In this document: positions 29,528-39,439 of the stretch, piece by piece | Layout: each line of letters begins with the position of its first letter | Position numbering within the stretch: position 1 is the first letter of the stretch | Source: Syntrophorhabdaceae bacterium | Lineage (GTDB): Bacteria; Desulfobacterota; Syntrophorhabdia; Syntrophorhabdales; Syntrophorhabdaceae | Length of the DNA stretch: 64,000 nucleotides | Direction of reading: 5' to 3' | Assembly: GCA_963665295.1 (NCBI GenBank) | Contig: OY762209.1 | Coordinates: forward strand, 3,072,001 to 3,136,000 | Position numbers and translations under genes: made by a program | Notes under the pieces: generated by a model | Told to the model about the DNA's origin: nothing | What the model saw: the letters and a program-made list of their open reading frames with translations, nothing else | Databases searched by the model: none

Positions 29528-30070
29528 ATGGACATCGGTCAGAAGGTCAGGCAAATGAGGGTAAAGAGAAACCTGAACATCAGGCAACTCTCGGACCTCG
29601 TGGAATGTACGCCCTCATTGATTTCTCAATTGGAGCGCGGCAAAACGGACCCGTCTATTTCCATGCTGAAAAGGATTGCAAAAGCCCTGGATGCGAATAT
29701 CGTTGATTTCTTCATGGAAAGGGTGGGGCTCGACGACGTGGTGACGGAGGCGAAGGACCGGGTCAATATTCAGCTAAAGAGGTGGGATGCCCACATACAA
29801 TCCCTCGTGAAGAATGTGACGAACAAGAAAATGCAGCCTTTCTACACGGTGATAAGGCCTGGGGGTGGCTCTCATGGGCTCTATTCCCATGATGGAGAGG
29901 AATTCGGTTTTATACTCAAAGGAGAGCTTGAGTTGATTCTCGATGATAAGGTACACAAGGTGCGAGCGAATGAGAGCTTCTACTTTTCCTCCCGGATTCC
30001 CCATAATTGGGGGAACACGGGCACGGAGGACGTAGTGGTCATATGGGTGATTACACCGCCCACTTTTTGA
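29528..30070 (+). CDS. XRE-family HTH regulator with cupin sensor domain
   Basis: N-terminal HTH (LISQLERG..DPSI..L..IA.AL); cupin H.GEE...G.L...F.S..PH. Confidence 0.92.
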   Translation: MDIGQKVRQMRVKRNLNIRQLSDLVECTPSLISQLERGKTDPSISMLKRIAKALDANIVDFFMERVGLDDVVTEAKDRVNIQLKRWDAHIQSLVKNVTNKKMQPFYTVIRPGGGSHGLYSHDGEEFGFILKGELELILDDKVHKVRANESFYFSSRIPHNWGNTGTEDVVVIWVITPPTF

Positions 30071-30203
30071 TGGGATTTTGAAGAAAGAAATGGGCAGGGC
30101 GCGCAAGGATGGGAGTGGCCATGGAGAAGGCGTTTAATTTAAGGGATATGGGAGTTGTCTGCGCCGGTTTGATGCGCGAGAATCAATATGAAGGAGGCTT
30201 CAA

Positions 30204-31691
30204 ATGGCGGTTCTGCCTGAAGTAGACAAGCACTATGGGAAACTGAAATTGTTCATTGACGGGAAGTGGGTGGAGCCTTCTTCCGGCGCGTATTTTGAGA
30301 CGACGAACCCGGCGACGGGCGAGGTTATCGCCGAGGCGCCGGTTGCGTCTCCCGGGGAAGTCGAAAAGGCCATTGCCGGCGCTCACGAGGCGTTCAAGAA
30401 ATGGCGGAACGTCCCTTTCAGGGATAGGACGAAGCTGGTATTCAGCCTGAGGGAGACCTTCGCGAGACACCATGAAGAGCTTGCAAGGGTTCTCGTGCAG
30501 GACCACGGATGTACCATCGATGAAGGGAGAGGCACCATCTCCCGATGCATGGAGAATATCGAAGCCGCGGGAAGCGCCATGTACAGCCTTTACAAGGGAG
30601 AGCATGTGGAGCAACTTGCCAACGGCATAGACTGTTACCTTATAAGAGAGCCCATGGGCGTGTTCCTTATCATAACGCCGGGAAACATCCCCATGCACGC
30701 ATGGTCGTCTTTCGTGCCCTATGCTCTTGCCACAGGGTGTACGGTCATAGTGAAGCCGAGCCGCCAATGCCCGGTATCGGCCGACGCCATGTTCAGAATG
30801 CTCGACGAGACGGGTTTCCCTCCCGGTGTGGCCAACCTGCTTCACATGGGGCCGGAGAGGGGGCTCAACAAGGTGATCCTGTCCGACCCCAGGGTAAAGG
30901 GCGTGGGACTCATCGGCTCGACGAGGGTGAGCAAGGAGTTGTTCGAGCTTTGCGGAAAATACGGCAAACGCTCTTCCCTGAACGGCAACGGTAAGAATTA
31001 CATCGTCATAATGCCTGACTGCAGTCTCGACGACGCGGTGCAATATATACTCCGAGGGTGCTTCGGCATGACGGGGCAACGATGCCTCGGCTCCGACAAT
31101 GTGGCGGTCATAGGAGAGACTGCGAGATATGAAGAATTGAAGGAGAAGCTGATCGCGGCTTCCAAGGCGATGAGGATAGGCTATGGCCTCGACGAGACCA
31201 CGGAGATGGGCCCTCTCACCACGAGTGAAGGACGAGAGAAGGTGTTCCGGTTCATCGAATCCGGACTTGAGGCAGGCGCCGTACTCCTCCTGGACGGACG
31301 CCTTGTGGCTGCGGAACTCGAAAAGGGTTATTTCATGGGTCCCACAATCTTTGAAGGCGTGACCACGGACATGCATATCGCGAGGGAAGAGGCCTTCGGC
31401 CCCATGTGCAATCTCCTGAGGGCCCGGGACCTTGATCAGGCGATAGAATGGATCAACGGGACAAACTACGGCCATTCCGCGTGCATTGTTACGGAAAGCG
31501 GGAAGAATGCCCGGAAGTTTATCAGGGAATGCGAAGTGGGTAATGTGGGCGTGAACGCGGGCATCCCTCAGCCGTACGCATTTTTCGGACTTGGGTCCAA
31601 GAAGGATTCCTTTTTCGGTAACTCCAAATCCAGGATGGATTCAGTGAAGCTGTTTCTCGATGAAAAGACGGTGACATTAAGGTGGGTGTGA
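30204..31691 (+). CDS. CoA-acylating aldehyde dehydrogenase (methylmalonate-semialdehyde dehydrogenase-like); candidate 2-formylglutarate dehydrogenase
   Basis: NPATGE, REPMGV, KPS, GST, GNGKNY in place of ELGGK, GQRC catalytic Cys, EEAFGP, GVNAGIPQP, K.VT.RW C-terminus typical of the MMSDH subfamily. Confidence 0.8.
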   Translation: MAVLPEVDKHYGKLKLFIDGKWVEPSSGAYFETTNPATGEVIAEAPVASPGEVEKAIAGAHEAFKKWRNVPFRDRTKLVFSLRETFARHHEELARVLVQDHGCTIDEGRGTISRCMENIEAAGSAMYSLYKGEHVEQLANGIDCYLIREPMGVFLIITPGNIPMHAWSSFVPYALATGCTVIVKPSRQCPVSADAMFRMLDETGFPPGVANLLHMGPERGLNKVILSDPRVKGVGLIGSTRVSKELFELCGKYGKRSSLNGNGKNYIVIMPDCSLDDAVQYILRGCFGMTGQRCLGSDNVAVIGETARYEELKEKLIAASKAMRIGYGLDETTEMGPLTTSEGREKVFRFIESGLEAGAVLLLDGRLVAAELEKGYFMGPTIFEGVTTDMHIAREEAFGPMCNLLRARDLDQAIEWINGTNYGHSACIVTESGKNARKFIRECEVGNVGVNAGIPQPYAFFGLGSKKDSFFGNSKSRMDSVKLFLDEKTVTLRWV

Positions 31692-31848
31692 GCAGTCTTT
31701 TTTCCGGCTTCCCGCCTTCGGCGGCGTGAACCGCTTCGCCGGCCCAGGGACCCGCCCGTGGCTGAAAAAGGGCAACGGAATCTGATATACTGTAAGGGCT
31801 TGGTTAAGAGCCGCATGCAGATGCGGAGACAAAAAGGAGGAGAGCGCA

Positions 31849-32931
31849 ATGTGTGAAGAATGTGAAGACCTTGGCAGAAGGAATTTTCTGAAGAGTGCTC
31901 TTATCGGCGGTGCGGCGGTGGGAATGGGTCTTTTCGACCATAACCTTCTTCTGGCGCAGAACACCAACATAAAATTCAGCACCTGGCATCCACCTGTCAG
32001 CCGGGAAGTAAGAACGGTATGGATACCCATGCTCGAAGAAGTGAAGAAGAAGAGCGGCGGCAAGGTGGGATACACCATGTACGCCGGGGCCGCTCTCGGC
32101 AAGGGACCGGAGCATTTCGACATTGTGGCGAAGGGCCTCTCCGATATGGGGTATTTTACCGCTACCTGGACCCCGGGCCGGTTCCCCCTTACCGATGTCC
32201 TTTCGCTGGCAGTTTGGGTGGACGGCAAAGATGTGGCGGCGGACATAGGGAATGCCGTATATCAGCGGGCGCTCAGGGATGAGTTCAAGAACGTGAAAGT
32301 GCTGGAGTTGAACGGCTGCATCCAGTCCTTTATCTGGACCAAGAAACCCGTTTCCAAAATGGCGGACCTCAAAGGCATGAAACTGAGGTCACCGGGAGGC
32401 CATCAGACCAACTATATCAAATCACTCGGAGCCGAGCCGGTTTTTATGCCCCTGGGCGACGTCTATATGGCTATGGAAACGGGAACGGTGGACGGTATCG
32501 TCACCTGCCCCCCTCTGATTCTCGCATATAAGCTTTTCGAAGTGGCCAAGTATGCGACGGTCCTCACCTTCGGGTGCGTCTCCGAAGGCACGGTCATGAA
32601 CATGAATAGCTGGAACAGGCTTCCCGCGGACCAGAAAAAGGTGGTGGAGGAAGTCTGCACCAATCCCTTCAAGTCGACGGGAGGGCTGGACAAGGGCGAT
32701 TATCAGGTCATTATGAAGGACATCCAGAAGTCGGGGGTCAAGCTTATCGACCTTCCGAAGCCTGAAGCCGAACTCTGGTACAAGAGTTTCCAGGACGTTA
32801 CCAGGAAATGGGTTACCGACCTCGAGGCGAAGAAGTTGCCTGCGAGAAGGGTCGTGGCCATAATGAACGAGGAATGTGAGAAGAGAAGGGTGAACCTGGT
32901 GGCTTGTCCGCCTGAATTTAAGAAGATATAG
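31849..32931 (+). CDS. TRAP transporter substrate-binding protein (DctP) with Tat signal
   Basis: GRRNFLKS Tat motif; PGRFPL, DLKGMKLR, LGAEPV.MP..DVY.A.ETG.VDG. Confidence 0.9.
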   Translation: MCEECEDLGRRNFLKSALIGGAAVGMGLFDHNLLLAQNTNIKFSTWHPPVSREVRTVWIPMLEEVKKKSGGKVGYTMYAGAALGKGPEHFDIVAKGLSDMGYFTATWTPGRFPLTDVLSLAVWVDGKDVAADIGNAVYQRALRDEFKNVKVLELNGCIQSFIWTKKPVSKMADLKGMKLRSPGGHQTNYIKSLGAEPVFMPLGDVYMAMETGTVDGIVTCPPLILAYKLFEVAKYATVLTFGCVSEGTVMNMNSWNRLPADQKKVVEEVCTNPFKSTGGLDKGDYQVIMKDIQKSGVKLIDLPKPEAELWYKSFQDVTRKWVTDLEAKKLPARRVVAIMNEECEKRRVNLVACPPEFKKI

Positions 32932-32941
32932 GAAGAGGCCC

Positions 32942-33436
32942 ATGGGCACCCTGAAAATTGTGAGAACGGTTATCGAAAAGGTTGTCCGGTTCTCCGGCAC
33001 GGTGGGGATGATATTCGTTCTCCCCCTGATGTTCCTCACTACGGCGGACGTGGTAGGAAGAGGTTTCTTCAACAAACCGATTGCCGGCACCTTTGAACTT
33101 TCAGAATACATGCTGGCCGTGATAATCCTGCTGGGCGCCGCCTATACCCAGCAGGTGAAGGGCCACGTGGCGGTCGATTTTATCACTTCCCGGTTTGCCA
33201 CGAAAACCCGGCTTATGTGCCAGATCGTGACCCTGGTGCTCAGCCTCTTCATCGTTACCCTGCTCGCATGGCAGGGTTTCAAGCTGGGAATAGAGGAGAC
33301 AGGCGTCACTGATCAACTGAGAGTGCCGCGGGCGCCTTTCAAAATGATGGTCGGCGTGGGAGGGGCCCTCCTGTGGCTTCAGATACTTTTCGACCTCATT
33401 GATACCATTACCAGCCTCAAGAGGAGGGAAACGTGA
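32942..33436 (+). CDS. TRAP transporter small permease (DctQ)
   Basis: Four TM helices; DV.GR..FN.PI.G..EL, GHV.VD. Confidence 0.9.
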   Translation: MGTLKIVRTVIEKVVRFSGTVGMIFVLPLMFLTTADVVGRGFFNKPIAGTFELSEYMLAVIILLGAAYTQQVKGHVAVDFITSRFATKTRLMCQIVTLVLSLFIVTLLAWQGFKLGIEETGVTDQLRVPRAPFKMMVGVGGALLWLQILFDLIDTITSLKRRET

Positions 33437-34740
33437 GTCCTGTTGCCATCGGAATCCTCGGCTGTGCCTTGCTCATGGTCCTCCTCTTTCTCGGGATGCC
33501 CATCACCTTCGTCATGATGTTTGTCGGCTTCATCGGCATATGGTCCCTTTCGGGACTGGACGCCGCCCTTCCCATCATCGCAAGCACTCTTTACGAAACC
33601 GCTGCCCACTACCCTTTCACCATAATCCCTCTCTTTGTCCTTATGGGCGGTTTTGCGGATAACTCCGGTATAACCACGAGACTTTACGACACTTTTGATA
33701 AATGGTTCAGGAGGCTTCCCGGAGGACTCGGTATCGCGACGATCGTCGCCATTGCGGGTTTCTCGGCCATCAGCGGGTCATCGGTGGCGACATCCGCCGC
33801 TTTTGCGAAGACGGTTATACCCGAAATGAGACGATATAATTATAGCCCGAAATTCGCGAGCGGTATCGTGGCGGCCGGCGCCACCATCGATTTTCTCATA
33901 CCCCCCAGTATCGGTTTTGTTGTATATGGCATGCTTACGGAACAATCCATCGGAAAACTTCTTATCGCGGGCATGCTCCCCGGACTTCTCCTTGCAGCGT
34001 TCTTCATCACGATCATTGTGGGATGGGTCAAGATAAACCCGTCCGTCGCTCCCGTGCCCCCCGGCCGGGTTACGTGGAAAGACAAGATCTTCGCCCTATG
34101 GGGCATGTGGGAGACGATACTTGTTTTCCTCATCACCATAGGGGGGATGTACCTCGGTTATGTAAACCCTACCGAAGCCGGAGGAATAGGGTGTATCGCC
34201 CTGTTTATCATCACCCTTCTGAAAAGGGAGCTTACATGGAAACAGTTTGTGGTCAGCCTTTACGAGACCACAAGGGTAACTTGCATGGTTATGTTTCTTG
34301 TGGCGGGGGCGAGCCTCTTCAGCTACTTTCTTGCCCTATCCACCATTCCGGCCGCAGCCTCGGCGTTTATCGGCGGCCTTGGTGTCTCCAAATATATTGT
34401 CCTCGCTATAGTGGTAGGTGTTTATCTTGTCCTCGGTTGCTTCCTTGACGCCGTCTCCATGATGGTGCTTACCATGCCCGTTATCTTCCCTGTTATGATA
34501 GGACTCGGGTTTGATCCCATATGGTTCGGGGTGGTCTGCGTGCTCATGATGAACGCGGGACTGATTACACCCCCTGTGGGCCTCAATGTGTACACTATTG
34601 CAGGCATTGTGAGGGATGTGCCCATGAAGGAGGTCTTCAAAGGCGCCACGCCCTTCCTTATCGCCATTCTTGTAACGACGGTCATTCTTACGGTGTTTCC
34701 CGTAATTGCGACCATATTGCCGGCGCAAATGGGACGTTGA
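33433..34740 (+). CDS. TRAP transporter large permease (DctM)
   Basis: IPLFVLMG, SGSSVA, LIPPS, PTEA, TPPVGLN. Confidence 0.93.
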   Translation: MSPVAIGILGCALLMVLLFLGMPITFVMMFVGFIGIWSLSGLDAALPIIASTLYETAAHYPFTIIPLFVLMGGFADNSGITTRLYDTFDKWFRRLPGGLGIATIVAIAGFSAISGSSVATSAAFAKTVIPEMRRYNYSPKFASGIVAAGATIDFLIPPSIGFVVYGMLTEQSIGKLLIAGMLPGLLLAAFFITIIVGWVKINPSVAPVPPGRVTWKDKIFALWGMWETILVFLITIGGMYLGYVNPTEAGGIGCIALFIITLLKRELTWKQFVVSLYETTRVTCMVMFLVAGASLFSYFLALSTIPAAASAFIGGLGVSKYIVLAIVVGVYLVLGCFLDAVSMMVLTMPVIFPVMIGLGFDPIWFGVVCVLMMNAGLITPPVGLNVYTIAGIVRDVPMKEVFKGATPFLIAILVTTVILTVFPVIATILPAQMGR

Positions 34741-34765
34741 CAGGCGTCATACCGGGAAGGGGATC

Positions 34766-35239
34766 ATGAAAGAGATAGTATTTACGTTGAACGGAAGATC
34801 GACGGTTGCCCGGGTCGAAGATAATGAGACCCTCCTTCAAACGCTGAGAAAGCGCCTCTCCATAAAGAGCGTGAAAGAGGGCTGCTCTATAGGGGAATGC
34901 GGGGCCTGTACTGTATTGATCGATGATGAAGCCCATTATGCATGCCTCACTCTCGCTTCAAAGGTGGACGGCCATGATGTGAAAACGGTGGAATTCCTGG
35001 GCGTTGAGAATGTCCTTCACCCGCTTCAAAAGGCCTTCGTCCATTCAGGGGCGGTCCAGTGCGGGTACTGCACCCCGGGTATGCTGCTCTCCGCATACAG
35101 TCTTCTCAGGAAGAACAGCACCCCTGATGAGGAAGAGATCAGGGAAGCCATAAGCGGCAACCTGTGCCGGTGCACAGGATACATTCAAATCATAGAGGCT
35201 GTGAAATATGCTGCCGGAATTCTTAAGTCAGAGGGCTGA
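34766..35239 (+). CDS. Molybdenum hydroxylase 2x[2Fe-2S] subunit (NdhS/CoxS-like)
   Basis: GCSIGECGACTV...C, QCGYCTPG, NLCRCTGY. Confidence 0.93.
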   Translation: MKEIVFTLNGRSTVARVEDNETLLQTLRKRLSIKSVKEGCSIGECGACTVLIDDEAHYACLTLASKVDGHDVKTVEFLGVENVLHPLQKAFVHSGAVQCGYCTPGMLLSAYSLLRKNSTPDEEEIREAISGNLCRCTGYIQIIEAVKYAAGILKSEG

Positions 35240-36044
35240 TACCAGGGAACAGGCAGTCGCTTTGCTGTCCTCACTGGAGGACGTGTCGGTGCTTGCAGGC
35301 GGCACGGACCTGCTTGTCAGGATGGGACGAGGCGAGACACACAGGCACATCGTCGATATCACAAATATTCCGGACCTTCGCACCATCGAACAGGAGGACG
35401 GCACTCTTTACGTGGGTAGCCTGATCACTCACCGGGCGATCCACATGAGTCCCTCGATCAGGGAAGGTGCGCCAAGCCTTTCTGAAGCATGCGGGTTGGT
35501 CGGATCTCCCCAGATAAGGAATATGGGAACCATAGGCGGTAATCTTGCGAATGCGTCACCTGCTGCCGACAGTCTGTCTCCCCTGTTGATACATGATGCC
35601 CGTATCGTACTTGAATCGACAAGAGGAAAAAGGACGGTCGGGTTGGAGGACTTTATCACCGACCCTTACCGGACATCCATGCGAAGTGATGAACTGCTTG
35701 CCTTTATTGAAATCAATGGGCTTAGGGGTTACAGAGAAGGGTACCAACGCGTTGCGAAGAGAGCGACGTGGGCTATATCGAGACTCTCCGTGGCATGGGC
35801 GGTAAAGGAAGAAAACGGATGCTATCAGGATGTGCGCCTCGCCATCGGGTCGTGCACTCCCATGCCGTTCAGGCCGCGGGAAGTAGAGCGATTTCTGGCG
35901 GGAAAAGAGAAGAGTGTCCGTGTTCAGGGAGAGGCGGTAGCCATGATTGTTGGCGGAATAAGGCATGCAAGTGGGGACAGACCTTCCTTTGCGTACAAGA
36001 TACCTGTCCTCGAGGCGCTGCTCGATGAGATACTGAGGGGTTAG
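35208..36044 (+). CDS. Molybdenum hydroxylase FAD subunit (NdhF/CoxM-like)
   Basis: LAGGTDL, QIRNMGTIGGNLANASPAAD. Confidence 0.92.
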   Translation: MLPEFLSQRADTREQAVALLSSLEDVSVLAGGTDLLVRMGRGETHRHIVDITNIPDLRTIEQEDGTLYVGSLITHRAIHMSPSIREGAPSLSEACGLVGSPQIRNMGTIGGNLANASPAADSLSPLLIHDARIVLESTRGKRTVGLEDFITDPYRTSMRSDELLAFIEINGLRGYREGYQRVAKRATWAISRLSVAWAVKEENGCYQDVRLAIGSCTPMPFRPREVERFLAGKEKSVRVQGEAVAMIVGGIRHASGDRPSFAYKIPVLEALLDEILRG

Positions 36045-36047
36045 ACG

Positions 36048-38201
36048 ATGCGCGTAGGCATGGATGCAGATAGGGTAGGTGTACTCGACAAGGTACGGGG
36101 AAAGCCCGTCTTTGCAGGGGACATGGACATGGCGGGGATGCTTTACGGTTCAATCTACAGGTCCACGAGACCCCACGCACTCATCAGGGCTATCGATGTC
36201 TCCGACGCCTTGTCTCTCCCCGGAGTGACAAGGGTGATAACCTGGAAAGACATTCCCGGCGAGAACTCTTTCGGCATAATGAAGAAAGACCAGCTGTTTC
36301 TTGCGGAAGACAGAGTCCGCTGCGTGGGAGAGCCGATTCTTATCGTGTTGGCGGAAAGCGAAGAGATTTCACGAAGGGCCCTATCCCGGGTAAAGGTGAC
36401 CTACGAGGATATCGAGGCAATTCATGATCCTTTTCATGCACAAAACACGTCGGTCCTGATACACGGCGAGGGCAACCGGCTTTGCCTTAGAACGCTGGTA
36501 AAAGGTGACGTGGAAAAAGGGTTTAACGAATCCGACCTGATTGTGGAGCATACATACGGTACCACATGGGTCGACCATGGATTTCTCGAAACGGAATCGG
36601 GCATCGGGTGGATAGACGAGAACGGGAAGATCGCGATAAACTCGTCCACTCAGAACACGCACTACAAAAGAAGAGAGATTTCCCGGCTCCTTCAGATCCC
36701 CGAAGACCGGTTAAGAGTGATACAGGCGGTTACGGGGGGAGGCTTTGGAGGTAAGCTGGATATGACCGTAGAGGGCTATATAGCCCTTTCCGTCTACCTT
36801 ACGGGCAGGCCTGTCTCAATTCGCTATACGAGGGAAGAGAGTTTCCTTTCAAATACCAAGAGGCATCCCCTTTCCATCCGATACAGGACCGGATTCAATA
36901 AAGACGGCCGGATTATGGCGGTGAGCGCCAACGTTGTGGGGGATACAGGCCCCTATATTTCATACGGAGAGGTGGTCTGTCTGAGGGTTGCGATCCACGC
37001 GACCGGTCCCTATGAGGTGCCGAACGTGCATGTCGAGAGCAGGATGTTCTACACGAATAACCCTGTCTCAGGCGCCATGAGGGGCTTCGGGATTCCGCAG
37101 CTTGCATTTGCCCACGAGTCCCAGTTGGACGAGGCGGCAGCAAGGCTCGGCGTCGATCCCCTTGACATGAGAATGAAAAACGCCTTGAGGAGGGGTTCTC
37201 TTACTGCAACGCAACAGGTTCTCGAACACAGCGCGGGGTTTCCGGAAACCCTGAAAAAGATCGAGCCCTTCTGGAGGGGCAGGAGGAAGAAAGATAAGGG
37301 CGCAGGGTTCGGGCTCGGATGCATGTTTTACGGGATAGGCAACACGGGATCATCCAACCCGTCCCATTGTTACGTGAGGCTTACCGACGACGGTAAGATC
37401 GCTCTTCATTCAGGGGTTTGCGACATCGGGCAGGGTTCTGATACCGTGTTGTGCCAGATACTTTGTGAGACCCTCAATGTGCGACCGGCGGATGTAGTGC
37501 TTGCTCCATGCGACACCGATATCTCGAAGGACGCGGGCTCGTCATCGGCCAGCCGGCAGACCTACATATCGGGACGGGCAGTCTATGAAGCCGCTCTGAA
37601 AATGAGGTCGTATCTCGACAAGGCCGGCTTCTACAACGGGCTTGATCTCAAGGATGTCTATAGCTCCGCAAGAGACCGCGGGGAGATTCAGTTCGAAGGG
37701 GATTTCGATCCCCCCACGACAGCAGTAGACAATATGACCTGTAAAGGGACGCCTTACGCCACCTATGCCTTTGCGACCCACATGACGGAGGTGCGCGTGG
37801 ATGAACGAACCGGCTCATGCAAGGTAACCAGGGTGTATGCTTCCCATGATGTGGGCAGGGCGATAAACGCGAAAAGTGTGAAGGGGCAGATTTACGGTGG
37901 AATAGCCATGGGTATAGGCCTGGCCTTGATGGAGGAGTTTATCCCTTCCAGGACGAAGTCCTTAGACAATTATTACATGCCCACATCCATGGATATGCCC
38001 GAGGTGGAGATACTTCTCGTGGAAGACGAGGAGCCCACGGGCCCATACGGCGCAAAAGGAGTCGGTGAACCCGCCCTGATCCCTCAGGCGGCGAGCATCA
38101 TAAACGCGATAAGCGATGCCGTAGGGGTGAAGGTCTATCAGCTCCCCTGTCACATAGAAAGACTAAAAAGGCTTATAGAGGACGGAAAGTCCGGAAAATA
38201 G
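36048..38201 (+). CDS. Xanthine-dehydrogenase-family Mo subunit; probable nicotinate dehydrogenase large subunit (single chain)
   Basis: GGGFGGK, GAMRGFG, DIGQG, ASRQT, QIYGG, AKGVGEP motifs; substrate inferred from adjacent enamidase and Hnr genes. Confidence 0.8.
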   Translation: MRVGMDADRVGVLDKVRGKPVFAGDMDMAGMLYGSIYRSTRPHALIRAIDVSDALSLPGVTRVITWKDIPGENSFGIMKKDQLFLAEDRVRCVGEPILIVLAESEEISRRALSRVKVTYEDIEAIHDPFHAQNTSVLIHGEGNRLCLRTLVKGDVEKGFNESDLIVEHTYGTTWVDHGFLETESGIGWIDENGKIAINSSTQNTHYKRREISRLLQIPEDRLRVIQAVTGGGFGGKLDMTVEGYIALSVYLTGRPVSIRYTREESFLSNTKRHPLSIRYRTGFNKDGRIMAVSANVVGDTGPYISYGEVVCLRVAIHATGPYEVPNVHVESRMFYTNNPVSGAMRGFGIPQLAFAHESQLDEAAARLGVDPLDMRMKNALRRGSLTATQQVLEHSAGFPETLKKIEPFWRGRRKKDKGAGFGLGCMFYGIGNTGSSNPSHCYVRLTDDGKIALHSGVCDIGQGSDTVLCQILCETLNVRPADVVLAPCDTDISKDAGSSSASRQTYISGRAVYEAALKMRSYLDKAGFYNGLDLKDVYSSARDRGEIQFEGDFDPPTTAVDNMTCKGTPYATYAFATHMTEVRVDERTGSCKVTRVYASHDVGRAINAKSVKGQIYGGIAMGIGLALMEEFIPSRTKSLDNYYMPTSMDMPEVEILLVEDEEPTGPYGAKGVGEPALIPQAASIINAISDAVGVKVYQLPCHIERLKRLIEDGKSGK

Positions 38202-38224
38202 GAAAGTAAAGGAGGAGCCGCCTG

Positions 38225-39370
38225 ATGGGAACTCTCGCAATCAGAAATATCGGTGTAATATTCACGGGTGATATTGATAATCCCCTCGTCGAAGGTCCTG
38301 TCTCCATATTGGTTGACGACGGAAGGATAAAGCGCATAGACAAGCAGGCCCTTGAGGCTGAGAAAGTCATAGACGCCAGGGGTATGACTGTGTGCCCGGG
38401 ACTTATCGACTCTCACTCTCATCCTGTATTCGGCGATTTTACCCCACGTCAGAATATGCTCGGTTTCATCGAGAGCGGCCTCCACGGCGGCGTAACGAGC
38501 ATGATATCGGCGGGTGAGGTCCATCTTCCGGGGAGGCCTACCGACCCCAAGGGCACGAAAGCCCTTGCCCTCCTCGCGCAAAAGTCTTTCGCCAAACTGC
38601 GGCCGGCAGGTGTGAAGGTGTATGGCGGCGCGCTCATACTCGAGAAGGGGCTCAGGGAAGAGGACTTCAAGGAACTCTCGGAGGACGGCGTCTGGCTTGT
38701 GGGTGAAATAGGCCTCGGCAGCGTGAAGGCGGCGGAAGAGGCCCGGGTCATGGTTGACTGGGCCAAGAAATACGGCATGAAGGTGCTCATGCACGTGGGC
38801 GGGACTTCGGTGCCCGGCAGTTCCACCGTTACCTGCCAGGACGTGCTTATCGCAAACCCGACCGTGGCGTGCCACTTGAACGGCGGACCGACCGCCATCC
38901 CCGTGGAAGAAGCGGAAAGGGTGATCCGTGAGACGCAATGCGCCATCGAGATCGTCCATTGCGGTAACCCGAAGGCGGCCATGGAGATCGTGGGGATCAT
39001 GAAGTCCGCCGGCATGCTCCACCGGCTCATCATTGGAAACGACGCCCCTTCCGGCACGGGGGTCATTCCCCTTGGCATCTGGAGGATGATCAATTTTGTA
39101 TCCGCTCTTTCGGCAGTCCCCGCGGAAACCGCGGTATGCCTCGCCACAGGGAATACAAAGAGGGTGTTTTCGCTCCCCCACGGTCTTGTGAGGGAAGGGG
39201 AAGATGCGGACCTGCAGATAATCGACGCACCCATGGGTTCCGCGGGCAAGGACGCGAAAGGCGCGATTGAGGCGGGAGACATCCCCGGCATAGCCATGGT
39301 GATTATCGATGGTGTGGTGAAGGCCCAGGTAAGCAGGAATACACCGCCGCCCGTGCGGAAGACCGCGTAG
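38225..39370 (+). CDS. ena: Enamidase (1,4,5,6-tetrahydro-6-oxonicotinate amidohydrolase)
   Basis: Amidohydrolase D-x-H-x-H; long stretches matching the recalled E. barkeri enamidase: LHGGVT.MISAG..H.PGRP, GTKALA, RPAGVKV.GGA.ILEKGL, GGTS.PGSSTVT, H.NGGPTAI, GNDAPSGTG.IPLG, GDIPGI, SRNTPP. Confidence 0.92.
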   Translation: MGTLAIRNIGVIFTGDIDNPLVEGPVSILVDDGRIKRIDKQALEAEKVIDARGMTVCPGLIDSHSHPVFGDFTPRQNMLGFIESGLHGGVTSMISAGEVHLPGRPTDPKGTKALALLAQKSFAKLRPAGVKVYGGALILEKGLREEDFKELSEDGVWLVGEIGLGSVKAAEEARVMVDWAKKYGMKVLMHVGGTSVPGSSTVTCQDVLIANPTVACHLNGGPTAIPVEEAERVIRETQCAIEIVHCGNPKAAMEIVGIMKSAGMLHRLIIGNDAPSGTGVIPLGIWRMINFVSALSAVPAETAVCLATGNTKRVFSLPHGLVREGEDADLQIIDAPMGSAGKDAKGAIEAGDIPGIAMVIIDGVVKAQVSRNTPPPVRKTA

Positions 39371-39439
39371 GGCCGTGAACCCGGTTCTTTTCCTTCCATT
39401 CTTATGAAGCGTTGAGACAGGTTTGAGAGGTGTCTTGAG

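Noticed and set aside
30183..31475. 430-aa minus-strand ORF (likewise 7485-8660, 12177-13166, 23035-23985, 46387-47700)
   Set aside because: Each lies opposite a well-supported gene and shows no family motifs.
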